A DNA stretch of 64,000 nucleotides from Candidatus Omnitrophota bacterium. GTDB lineage: Bacteria; Omnitrophota; Gorgyraeia; Zapsychrales; JANLHA01. The DNA lies in NCBI GenBank assembly GCA_022711395.1, contig JAKLFA010000005.1, forward strand, positions 44,410 to 108,409, in the 5' to 3' direction. Below are positions 30,001-42,000 of this stretch, piece by piece. Numbering within the stretch: position 1 is the stretch's first letter; each line of letters opens with the position of its first letter. The translations under genes and the position numbers were made by a program. A model generated the notes under the pieces. The model did no database searches and had not been told where the DNA came from. It saw only the letters and a list, made by a program, of their open reading frames with translations.

Positions 30001-33000
30001 GCACGCTCCGGTCACGGGTAAAGATAATGAATTCACATGGCTGGATGTGATCTCGGCCGCCGAAGCAAAACGCATTTTAGGGCAGGTCCCCAGCGAGGTC
30101 CCGGTCGAGGATGAGGACTTTGAGCCCTCGGATGACACGGCTGATGATGTCTTGGACCCTGATGAGAACGGCTACACGATCTTTGAGCCGATCGAAGCTG
30201 TGAATGGCCACGGCCGCAGCCAGACGGAATTTCCATATGAGGGGGGGGTCGAACAGCTGGTGAAGGATTTGGCCGAACACCATTCAGAAGGGTATCTTTT
30301 GATCTTTAGAGAATGGTACGCGGGCGAGAGTCATGATCTGATCGCAGAGCATTTTAATCTGAGCGTTGAGGAGGTCGGGCAGGTCATGCAGGAAATTTTT
30401 GACACGATCCGCCAACTGATCGAAGCCCAGCAGAACGGGATCGAGAGCGAGGAAACGGATGGGACGAATGCTTCTATCCTGGGGCCGATGGCCGCCGGGG
30501 TTGGGGTATATGCGGGGGGCCGCATGAACGCCGCGGCAGAGCGGCGCACGCGGAAGGCGTTGAAGGAGGGGGAACTTCTTAAATTTAACAGCTTATCTTC
30601 CGCGGCCTTGCCGGGGCCAGTGGATATCATGGCGCGCGGGCTTTTGAATGATGAGGCGGTGAGAATTTTTGTTCCGCATATCCTTCTTTCAGGAAGGGCC
30701 CCGCCGGTGCTCTGGTTTGAATCCCGCCGGTATTTTGTTGTGTCCGCCGTTCTTGATGGACAGATCATCGTTCCTCTCAGCCTTTTGGAGCATTCCCTTT
30801 TGGTGAAATTCCTGCGTTTTGAAATGGCAAACCTCATCAGCGGCGAAGAAGACCCCTCTGAAGGAGCAGCTTTGGCTGAGAGTGCATGGCGGACAATGCC
30901 TGCAAAAGGGTCCGGATTTTTTAACGGAGGCATGAACGCTTCCGTGCTTACACCGAACCCGCAGTTGGTTTCCGTCAGCAGTTTTCATCTGGCTTTAAAG
31001 CCGCACGCGGCGACGTTCTTCCTGGTTCAGGGGATCCTGGACCGTCTGTTCGAATACGGAAAATTTTCATTGAGCTTTAGGCACGAACCTTCCAGTTACG
31101 AAGAAGAATTTTTGGATGAAGGGGCCATCGCGGACCTGTCAAAGTTTAACGGCGAGGCGGTGGTCTTTGAGATCAAGGACGGCGAGAGGAGAAACTCGGA
31201 AGATGATCATCATTTCTTCCATGGGATCCTTTTTGCGGTTTTCGGCAATAATCGCCTGGCTGAAAACACTACGGCGGGAGATTATTATGACGCGCTCATT
31301 AAGAAGATCGACGCATTCATTGAAGAGAAACAGGGGGGCCAGGTTTCAAGGGAGGGGTCCGGAAGGAACAGCTCCGTTCTGGGTCTGGATGAAGAAGGGA
31401 TCGGCGGAACATCCCACATGTGCCTCGCAAGGTCCGCAGACATGGTGGCCGATCACCGCCCGGGTTATTTGTATACGACATGCCGGATCATCCTTTCAAG
31501 GGCTGACGCGCAATCATCCTGGGACGTGCGTTTGCGCGAGATCTTTTTCTTTGCCCTTGAGCCGGAAGAATTTTTACTGCTCCAGGAAGCGATCAGGGGC
31601 AATCCGGACGCGAATTTTATGCTGCTTGAGCGTTCTTTTATTGAGCGCTACGCTGGCTGGCCGCTGAAGGCCAGGCTTCCAGCGCAGGATGGGTTCATTT
31701 CAAAGCATCATCAGCGCCGCAAGGTCCGGATCAGCCATGCGTGCCTGCAGATGTTATCAAGGGGGGGTGAAATGGCCGTGCCGTTATGGAAGCCCGATGA
31801 GAAGGTGGAAGTCAGGGCTTCGGGCTCCTGGAGGATCGAGGCGGCCGATGATCTTTATCTTGTTGTTTTAAATAAGGCGAAACGCACTCAAGGTGAATGG
31901 GTTGTCTCTCCCTTTGGCGGACGCTACCGATTTACGGAAGGCGGCCGCCGTCTTTTGAAAAAATATGGCGTGAACTTTATCCGCAAAGATTCTGATAAGC
32001 AGGTCATGCGGGGATCGATTGTCGCAGAGGAAGCGGAAACATTCCTGCGGCTTTTCGTTGCAGGGCAGGGAAGGGAGGATAATCCTTTGCGCGAATTGCA
32101 GGAGGAGTTCTTCTTCGAAGAGCGGGTGTTGCAGGAGCTCCCGGTCCTGGCGGAGCAGCTGCGCCATCATTATTTTCTATGGAGAACAAAAAGGAACGGC
32201 TATCCTTCCACCAACGCCGCGGTGACCGCGAAAGAATATCACGCGCGGATCAATCAGTTGGCCTGTCTGATGGATGCCCGGATCATCCGCCAGAATGCGC
32301 TCCCCTCGCTTGAACGCATGGCGCGCTTTAATCATCCCTCCGTCGCGGCGCACGCGGGATATATGGCGCAGGTCCTTCGCAAACGGTTGAAACTTTTGAA
32401 AATCTGGGCAAGGACTGCCGCCTTTGAGCGCCGGAACGAAAGCGGCAGTAACGCCGCTGTTTTAAACCGGCCGGATGATGAGGGCTCGATTCCGGAGACG
32501 GGATCATGGGAGTCTTTAGGCATGTCGATATTCCGGTTCTGGCGCGCTTACGCCGAATGTGCATTTTTGCCGTGGATGGTTATGTTCCGGGATTTTTCCA
32601 TCGGATTTAATGTCAAGCCGCTTTCAAAAGTGGGCATGGCCCCGGAAAGGCTTGAGACGATATTGGAACGGCTTGGCTATCCGAAAGCCGCCCGCCCCGC
32701 GCTTATTAAAGAGTTTAAAAAGTTGTTTTCAGCGAAACAGTTTGAAGCTTTGCAATCGGAGGCGCTCACAGCCATCCGTTCAAAAGATGTCCTTCGGCTT
32801 GGCAGGTTTTTGCGCAGGCTGTTTTTCCTTCTGGAGCAGAAAGGGCGCTTGTCATCCGATAAACCAAACCGTCTTCTTAAGCTTTTGGTCAACAGCCTTG
32901 CCGGCGAGGACATTGCTCGAGTCATTGAGGAGGCGGCCATAACCCCACAGAGGAAAGCGGACCTTAGGAAATTTATTTTTGCCTGCACCGCGATCTCGCA

Positions 33001-36000
33001 GATGGTCTATGTCCTTCTGACCTTGTGGGGCGTTGAGGCTGAGGGCGCCGGGACATCACAGCATGCGGCAGCCATTCTTCCGCTGGACCAAACGGGTGAT
33101 GTGTTCATCGTCGATTTTTCGTTGGGCCAGACACGGCGCCTGCGCCTTGACGATCATTATCGAAGAAAAGGCGAATATCTTCTCTTAAAACCGGATTCTA
33201 AAACCGACCCGCAGCGGCTGTGTGAACTTTGGCGGCGATTTGAAGGCCGGTCGCTTTTCTTGGGAACGCTCGCCGGAAGAGAATTTCTGTCCCTGTTCTA
33301 CCTTTCCATCCATTCGGCGAAAGGCCTGGGGCTGACAGCCTCGATCCTCAATAACATCGGGCTGGTTTATGACAGGACCGGCCAGCCAGACAAAGCGATC
33401 AGGTTCTATCAGCAAGCCGTTCAAAGAGACCCGGCGGCAGCGGAAGCCTATCACAATCTTGCGACACTTTATACTCAGGCGGGCCAAAGGCGCAAGGCCA
33501 TGGCGCTTTACCGTAAGGCGATCAAGTTCAATCCGCACCTTGCTGAGGCCTGGAACAATCTCGGCATTTCTTATTCGGAAACAAAAGAGCATGACCGGGA
33601 GATCGCGGCCTTAAAACGGGCCATACAGGTGCGTCCTTATTATGCCGAAGCCTATAACAATCTCGGCGTGGCTTATGCTGACGCCGGAAAGGTTCAGGAG
33701 GCGGTCCTTTGTTACGAAACAGCGATCGCGCTTCAGCCCAACAGTTTCAGAGCCTATCGGAATTTAGGTGATATCTATTATTCCATGCGCAAGATCACCG
33801 CTGCGGTCCGGAATTTCAGCAAAGCGGTCCGCATAAGCCCGATCTTGATCAAGATGGTCCCCAGGGAACTTCAGTCTAAGGTCATCCGTGAGATGAAAAA
33901 ACAGAAGACGACGGACGGGACTAATGCAGCGGTTTTGAACGATGACCTCGTTTATCCGGCCGGCAATATGGACGATCGGAATTTTTCGTCAGAGGATCTC
34001 CCTGAAACAAGACCCGGTCTCGTCACGATGAACACGCAAGCCGGGTCAGCCCTTTTGCAGGTCCTGAAATACAGCACAACGTTTACGGTAGTCTACGAGG
34101 AGGAAATGCTCCCCGGAGATCTTAAGCGGGTGAACGGCGGCTGCCAGGCTGATATTTATTATTCGGCAGAACGCGACCGGTTCTACAAGATCCGGCGTTC
34201 GCTTGTCTGCTCATATTACACGGCACTGCGAAACCGGCTGTTGTATCGCGGGCTTTTTAAGACGGCGGCGTATGCCTGGGTGATCGACACAGCGCGTAAG
34301 ATTTATCAATACTCCGCCGGGCAGAAAGCTGCTGACGGACAATCTTTCAGGGATATCCTTTCGCAGGCCCGAAAGAACGGCAATCCGCGCGCCGGTATTT
34401 TGAAATATGTCACAACGGCTTTAAAAGGTTTTAGATCTGTCTGCTGTTTCTGCATTGTCCTCGCGGGCAGCGGGTTTATCTTCTTCAGGTCCGTCCGGGC
34501 CGAGAAAGCGCTGTTTTATGACAATTATTTTAAAGGGTATGAAAGCATGCTCAAACACGGGTTCGTGCAGCGCGGGTATGTGGCCGATTACCGGTTGATT
34601 CAGGCCCCCGCGTCGGATCAGAGCGGGACCTTTAGATGGAGATGGCTTAACCGCGACCGAAAAGCCGTGGAACAGGTGGAGGTCGTTGAGCTGGCGGAGG
34701 TCTTAAGGGACCTTACGGATGAACAGTTTTTCGCGGCGGTCGAAAGGTATATTGCGATCCAGCACGCGCTCTGGCGTGAAGGCTTCTTCAACCACGCGCT
34801 GGGATTTTTGGGTAATTACGGTTATCTCAAGAAAGACAGCCGGATGAGCGGGCCGCTGGTCTTATTTGATCCGGGCGAGGTCAGTGAAGAGTATGGTGGC
34901 GATCTTGAGAAGGCGCTTACGGTCATCGCGCAAAAACAGGAACGGGCGTATAAAGAGTTGAACGCGATCAACCCTGCCTGGGCGGGATATTATCAGAAAA
35001 GGCTTGCGGCGGAATTTAACCGGAAAAAATTCCTTGAGCTTTGGCGAAGCGGCCCTGTCCTTCAGATTGAGCCGGTCCAAAGTTATTCGACCAACGCCGC
35101 GGTGCTGAACGTCACGGACCGGGGAGAGGCGAAGGAAGGAGGCGATCCCCGCCTGGAGTCGATCCTCCGCGTGGCCCGGGCGATCAATCCAGCTTTTGAT
35201 GAAAGCGCTTTGCGTGAGCACTATGCTTCACGAAAAAGTGAACTCGAAGAAAGGCCGTGCTACGGGGCCTCTTGTGTTCCTTGGGGAACGGAAACGATCG
35301 ATGGAGCGGTTTACGCTGAATTTGTGCTGGATTATGTTTCTTATAAGATCGATACTCCGGATGAAGCCGCTGATTTTCCGCCTGACATAAAAAATCGTAT
35401 TGATCATGATGACATGCTGGATTCTCTGAAAAATGATTTTCGCGTTTTAGGCGCGTTCAAAATACACGAGACAGACTCTTATCCTGAAATTGACGCGATC
35501 GATCATTATGGCCGTGTCTATCGCCGTGTTGCGCTGTATGTTCCGGTCGAATACAGGGATTTTATTTCTCTTTATCTGGCAGTTGGTGAGAAGACCATGC
35601 GAATGATCATGTTCGGCATGCCCAAAATATCGAGCAAGGAAGACCTGGCGGGATTTTTAAAGCAAAAAGGAATTACGGGGGCCGTTGTCGATGACGGCTT
35701 TTTTGCGGTCTTTGAAGCTGTTCGCCGGATCCATCCACGCGTCGATGTTCGGCTGTTGTGGGAGGCTTATCAAGAGATCGCGGCTGATTTTTCGAAAGGG
35801 GCGAAGAGCTCTCCGGGCGCGGTCGTGGTCCTGGACATCGAGTCGGATGAACACAGCCGTTATGGCGGGGATGAATATGACAAAAAAGAAACGAAGGGCT
35901 TTTTCCTGGATTTTCTAAGGGATGAGATGAAGATCCCGGGTGTTTATCTGAGGGAAGTGGCTTATACGAGTCCCGTGAGGGAAGGGAGCTCCGGTGACTA

Positions 36001-39000
36001 CGCCCTTAATCCGGATCATTATTTTACCCAACATCGCAGGCAGTCCTATGTCGCTTCCCGTGAATTTGATCCGTTGCTGCGCGCCTGTGTTCTTGCAAGG
36101 GAAAAAGGATTGCCGATAAGAAAGATCTTTTTGGGAGAAACGGATGACTATCAGCAGATGGTGGACGAAGGGGTCAGGCTTTTAGGAAAGGAACGCGGAA
36201 CAGGCGTGCTTGGGAAGAAAGAATCCGGTTTTCTGTTGTTGGATCGGCTGGCGCTTCCTTATCCGCCGGGCATCGCGCTCTCCGAATCCCTGGTCAAAAG
36301 AATTTGTGAAATGTCCGGTTCAAGCCGGCAAGCCCTTATGGACTGCCTTTATAAAAAATTGGCGGGCATCGGTATTGATACTGAAAAAGACATGCTCGCG
36401 GTCCGCAGCAACCCGAAACGATCCATGCCGGGAATTTTCACGACTTGCCGGACGCTGGACATGAAATATTTGTTAGCGGATATCTTGACGGTCGCTAACG
36501 CCTGGTATTCGGAGCGCGCCGCGGAGTACCGCAAGAAAAATGGCCTGTCAGAGGCGTTTGATCTGCCGATCATTGTTCAGCTTTGGAAGAGCGGAGAATC
36601 TCCGGACCGTGATTATTTAAAAAAGAGAGGAGCGGACCCGAAGCCGCCGCTGTATGCGTCGGGCGTCCTTTCCACGCGCAACCCCAATAATAATGAGAAG
36701 AAGCTTTATGGCCGCTACAAAGTCGACAGCCACGGCGAAGATCTGATGACCGGAGGAAAAGAGGGTGAGGACGTTAATGGCCTTGAGACGGAAGCTCCGG
36801 ATCTTTACCGCCAGTTATTATCAGCCGCAGAGACTTTGGAGGCTGAGGCTGGGCCGCAAGAGATCGAATTTGTTGTGAATGATGGAACGCTTTATTTCGT
36901 CCAGACCCGTAAACTCAATTTTTCTGCCGCCGCGGAGATCGCTTATATCCGTGAGTTGCTGACCACCGGAAAGATCACAGAGGCCCGCGCCATCCCGCTG
37001 ATCGAGGCTCTGCATGAAAAAATCCAAAAGCGGAAAGTTTATAAGATCAGGGAAGGTTTGCAGTTGCGGCCCATTGCCGGGGCGTTGGCCTCCACACCCG
37101 GGGCCATCCGGGGATATCTGGCGTTTGATGAGGATGGCGCGAAACAATTGATGGAGGAAGGGAAAGCGGTCATTTTCGCGGCCTGTTTCAGGCATCAGGG
37201 AGAGAGCTTTTTAATGACCATGCTGGATTATCCTTTGGCCGGTTTGATCACCTCCTACGGCAATGGTTCATCTCATGAAGCTGTTTTGTGCCGCCTTGCT
37301 GGGATCCCCTCGCTTATCCGGCTAAGCGGATGCGAAATTATGACCGGTTTGCATCCTGGTATCAAGGGCGCGGATGGTTTGATGCTTCATGCGGGCGATA
37401 TGGTCATTATTGACGGGGATAATGGGATCCTTTATGAAGCGCCTGAGGAAGATGTTCTGCAGGAGAACGGGGTCGTGTTTGATGCCAGTTACGGGATCGA
37501 TATCCCGGCGATGCGGAAGGCATTTCTGACGGATTACGTCCATGAAGATGGGACTTTAAAAAGCGGGATCAGCCGCCAGCGCCTTGTGGAACTGAACCAG
37601 TCGGCGGTGGACAAGTTCAAGGAGCTCGATGCCAAAGGCGACAGGAAGGGAGCGTTTACCGCGAACCTTGAAAAGCATTTTCTGCACGGGTTGTTGGACC
37701 TGGTGCCCGAAAGCAACGCCGCGGTGCTTGGCCGTGTCAGTGAGGATTTTCAAGAAGAGATCGAGCAGGCATGGGCGAACGGCGCCTGGGAAACGGTTGA
37801 GCAGATGCAGGGCATTTTGCCGAGGGATAACGGATTTAAGCTCGTGTGGCGGGCCTTCACGGCTCCGTTGGCGCACGCTCCGCCGGAAGGGGCGGTGGTT
37901 TCAAGGGTCCACAATTTCTCTCAACTCGAGATCTATTTTTCCTCACCTGATGTTGCCCAAAAGTTCGCCTTTGATTTCCGGCCTGAATTGCTGCTTGCCC
38001 TTCAGACGGTTTCGTATCATGAATGGCTGAAGGAGTGGGAGGTCATGGATGACGATGACAATTTCGAAGAGCGTCTTAAGGGTCATTCTCTGTATGGTCA
38101 GATGGCCTGGCGGATCGAAGAATGGTTCAGCGGCCAGAACCGCGCTCTTTCTTTCAAGAATATTCCGGATATGCCGTCGGTTCGTGCTGTTCTTGAGGAT
38201 CCTTTGGCGAGGGAGGTTATGTTCGGATTTGAAGATGAGAACATTCCGGTCGGCGACCTTCGGCGCGTGCTTCAGAAGATCTTGAAGGACCGCATTCCGG
38301 TCCATGAGGGCCCTTCAAGGATCTTGAACATTCTTCAGGATGAAGCCGTGGGCCTGGCGCAAGACCTCGCTGATAAATCTTACACGAGCCGTTTTGACAC
38401 GTATCTTCTTTGGCGCATCAGAAAAGTCTGGGCCATTTTAAAGTGCCTGGAGATCGTTTCACAGGCACGGCCGCAGAACGGCCATAAGCCGCGCGCAGAA
38501 GAAATGCTCGGATGCTGGGCGTTCATTCCGGCCCTGGCCTTATCGATCGTTTCGCAGGGCGGGCAGTTAGCTTCTGTTTCCTGCGGAGGGGACGCTTTGC
38601 CTTTTCTGATGAATACCATCGGGCTCGTTCTTTTAATTGCCTGGATCATAAGGGCGTGGGATCGAAGGATCATCTATATTTGGTGGCAGAAAGACACATT
38701 TTTAACAGCGGCCGTGTCTTGTGTTTCCACGTTCGGGCTGCTTCCTCTTCTTTGGGGATCGATCAGTGAGCACCAGGGACAGTATATTTCCTGGCTGTGC
38801 GCGATTGTTGTGTTCTCTTTAGATCTTGTGCTGTGGACCGCGCTCGGCTGGACCGGATACAGGCAGAACAAGCGGGATAAAAAAGAAAAGGCTGATGAGC
38901 ATCCCGGAAAAAGATCCGGGACGGGTCCGCACGTGAATTCAGCGGTCTTGCAGGAGGCGCTTCCTGAACGCTGGATCAACACCCATCCGCAAGATTATCC

Positions 39001-42000
39001 TGAACTGGATGATGAGATCGTGATCTCCGAGCGGTTCCTGCGGGTTCTGGGAATGCGGCCGACCCCGCTGGTGCGTTTGGAACGCATGAGCCGCATGTTC
39101 AGTTCGGACCGACCCAGAATGATATTGTTGAAAGATGAATCCCGGCGTCTGGGGCAGAGCTTTAAGATCCTCGGGGTCTTGATCGAGGTCAACGCGGTCT
39201 TTGTTGACCGGATCCAGCTGGCGATGGAAGGAAAGACCCGTCTCACGCAACCGTATTATATCGTGACCCAGACCGTCGGCAATCACGGGATCGCCATGGT
39301 CACGGCGGTCAGGATCCTTATCGAACATTACCGGAAAAAATATCAGGGACAGGACAGTGTCTTAAGGATGCTGGACCATATCGAGCCGGTCGTGTTCACG
39401 GTTTGTGATCAAGAGCTGCCCGATGCCAAACGCCTGGGGCTGGAGCGGGCTCTTGAAGAATATCGGATTTGTGTTCGAAATGATCATAAGGGAAAACTGT
39501 TTAATCGATACGCGGATTATCCTCAGGCGGAGACCGGACGTTCGCGGTTCATGAAAGAAAACCGCGGCCATGCTTCATACATGGAGCATGGGAATTTAAA
39601 GATCCAGTCCGGGCACGCGCTGGCCGGCATCGAGATCGTCGAGCAGCTCACTGAGATGGGTTTCAAAGGCAGGCGCGCTTCGGTGATCGTGCCTGTTGGC
39701 GCCGGCGGGCCGTTGGGGATCATCGGAGGTTTTAAACTTGCCGCGCGCCGGATGAGGTGGGCGCCTGTTTTTGGCATTGCGGCACAGAGCATTTCTTACG
39801 GCGCGTTGGTGAGGACATTGAAAGATGGAAAGCCCTATATCAATCAGCCCGTTACTGAGCAGCGCGTCGCGCTGGATGGACGAAGTTTTATTTTTGAGGA
39901 CGGGATCGCGGTCACGCGGCCGGATCCGAAGGCTGTTGAGACGGCGCGCCGCATTGTGGATTTTGCCGCCACGGTGGACGCCCGCAAGGCGTTTGAACGT
40001 TCGGCGCCGCTTCTTTACACGGAGCTGAATGATTTTTACAGCGGAGCAGATGTCATGGTTGGAGGGACAACGTCTTTGACCGCGGAACTTCTTTTTGAAC
40101 ATTTTGACGGCCTTGACCATTCGAATCAATTGTTGACGGCTGGCCCGGCTTTGGATGAAGCGGAAGTGATCGTCCTTTTGGGAACGGAGGGTAATGTTGC
40201 CTCTGATCTTTTAACGGAGATCGGACGCCGGTCATCAATGGCGTTTAGCAAAGGAATTTCTACAAATGCCGTCGGGGTTCGGATCCCGGGCATGAATTCT
40301 TCTGTTCTGCGGGAAGGACGAGATCTCGTTTCAGCATTGAAAAAAGCGGCTGTTATGGGAAGTTTCCTTCTGGCGGATGCGGCGGTTATGGCTAATGGGG
40401 TCGATCAGGATATTCATGAATTGGGTAAAACGATTGTAAAGTCCGCAGGGTCGGTGGCCCTGTATGCCGCTTTAGCGGTTTTAGGCGTCATTCTTTTTCG
40501 CGCGATCACGGGATGGGTCAAGACGCTTCCTGAAGAGGACCGTTGGGCGGATGTTCAGAGGCAGTTGGAAGAGGATAAAAAATCCGCGGCCGCTTCTGAA
40601 CCTGGAACCTTGAAACAAGCTCCGGAAGAGCCGTCGGTAAGTTTTATCCGCGGGCCGCAGGACCTGCCTCCTTCAAGCACGCCGGTCAGAGACAGCCGGG
40701 ATGTTTTACGGCTGCGTCCTGTTTCCGGCGGAGGGGAGCATCAGATCGTATCCGCCGCCAGGTATCTTGACCGCTGGATGTGGCAGCATCGGAATCGTTT
40801 TCCGCGTGTAAGGAGTTTGAAAAAGATCCGGATCCCGGTCGTGACCGGTGTGGCGGCGTCTATCTTGAAGGAAGGCAGCTGGACGCCCGATGAGATCAGG
40901 CGGATGTTCCGTGTGGCTGAAGATGAAGCGGCAGAGAACGATGACGGATTCCTTGAGGTGCCCATTGATGTCCTGACCCTGAACTGGTCGTCCGGGCGGA
41001 AAAGGCTGGACACAGACGCGCTGGTGGAAGCGGCATTATCCGTTGCCGCCGGAGGGCGTTTAAGAAGCTGGATCCTGCCGGGGATGCTGATATTGCGGAT
41101 GTTCCGGGGAGTCGGAGACCTCAAGAAGACCATGGGGTCCTATATTGATGATATCCAGATGGAGGAAGACGGCAAGGCGGCGATCCCGCAAAAAAACAGG
41201 CCCGTGTGGGAAGAGCAGTCCGTCGCGCTGGAAGAGGGCGGGCGCACGCCGCTGGGGAAGGGTTGCTTTTTTGTTGTTCACACCACAACGGTCTTCGGTT
41301 CAAGCGAGCCGATCTGGCTTTACAGCGTTGTGCGTGACGATGTGCCGATCATCAATGGACTTCGGCTAAAGGCCCCGAATTTTATTGATGTCGATGGGAC
41401 GTTGCTTGCCACGATCGTTTCGATCAATAAAGATTCGGTGCTTCTAAAAGTCCTGGCTCCGGGCAGTTCCAATGTATCGTTGAATGATGACGGAACGAAT
41501 GCCGCGGTGGTGGAAAATTGCCCTCACTGCGACCGGAATTCGCTGGCGTTAAGCCGGCCGCTGTTTGAAACGGGATTTTTCCGCATTGTCTGCGATGCCC
41601 ATCCGCTAAGGGAAGGCCACGTCCTTATCATTCCCAAAGAGCATTATTCCTGCGTCGGGGAATATCCTGAAAACGTTTTTGCTGAGTTTAAGGATGTTTT
41701 TGCCCGGGTGATCGGGTTTTTGAAAAGTGAATTCGGAAATGAGCGGATCGCGGTCTTTGAGCACGGCATCGTGGGGCAAACCGTGTTCCATTCCCATGTT
41801 CATCTGATGCCATTTTCAGGCAAAGCGCAGGATATTGTCCCTGAAAAAAATGTTCTATCCGCGGCCCGTTCATTGAAAGACATGGCGCGGCGATTTAGAG
41901 ATGAAAAGGCGTATCTGTTTTTCATGATCGGAAGGCAGATGTGGTTTGTGGACACGCGTATAGGCGCGCCGAGATTTTTCAGAGACCGGTTCGCAAAAGC

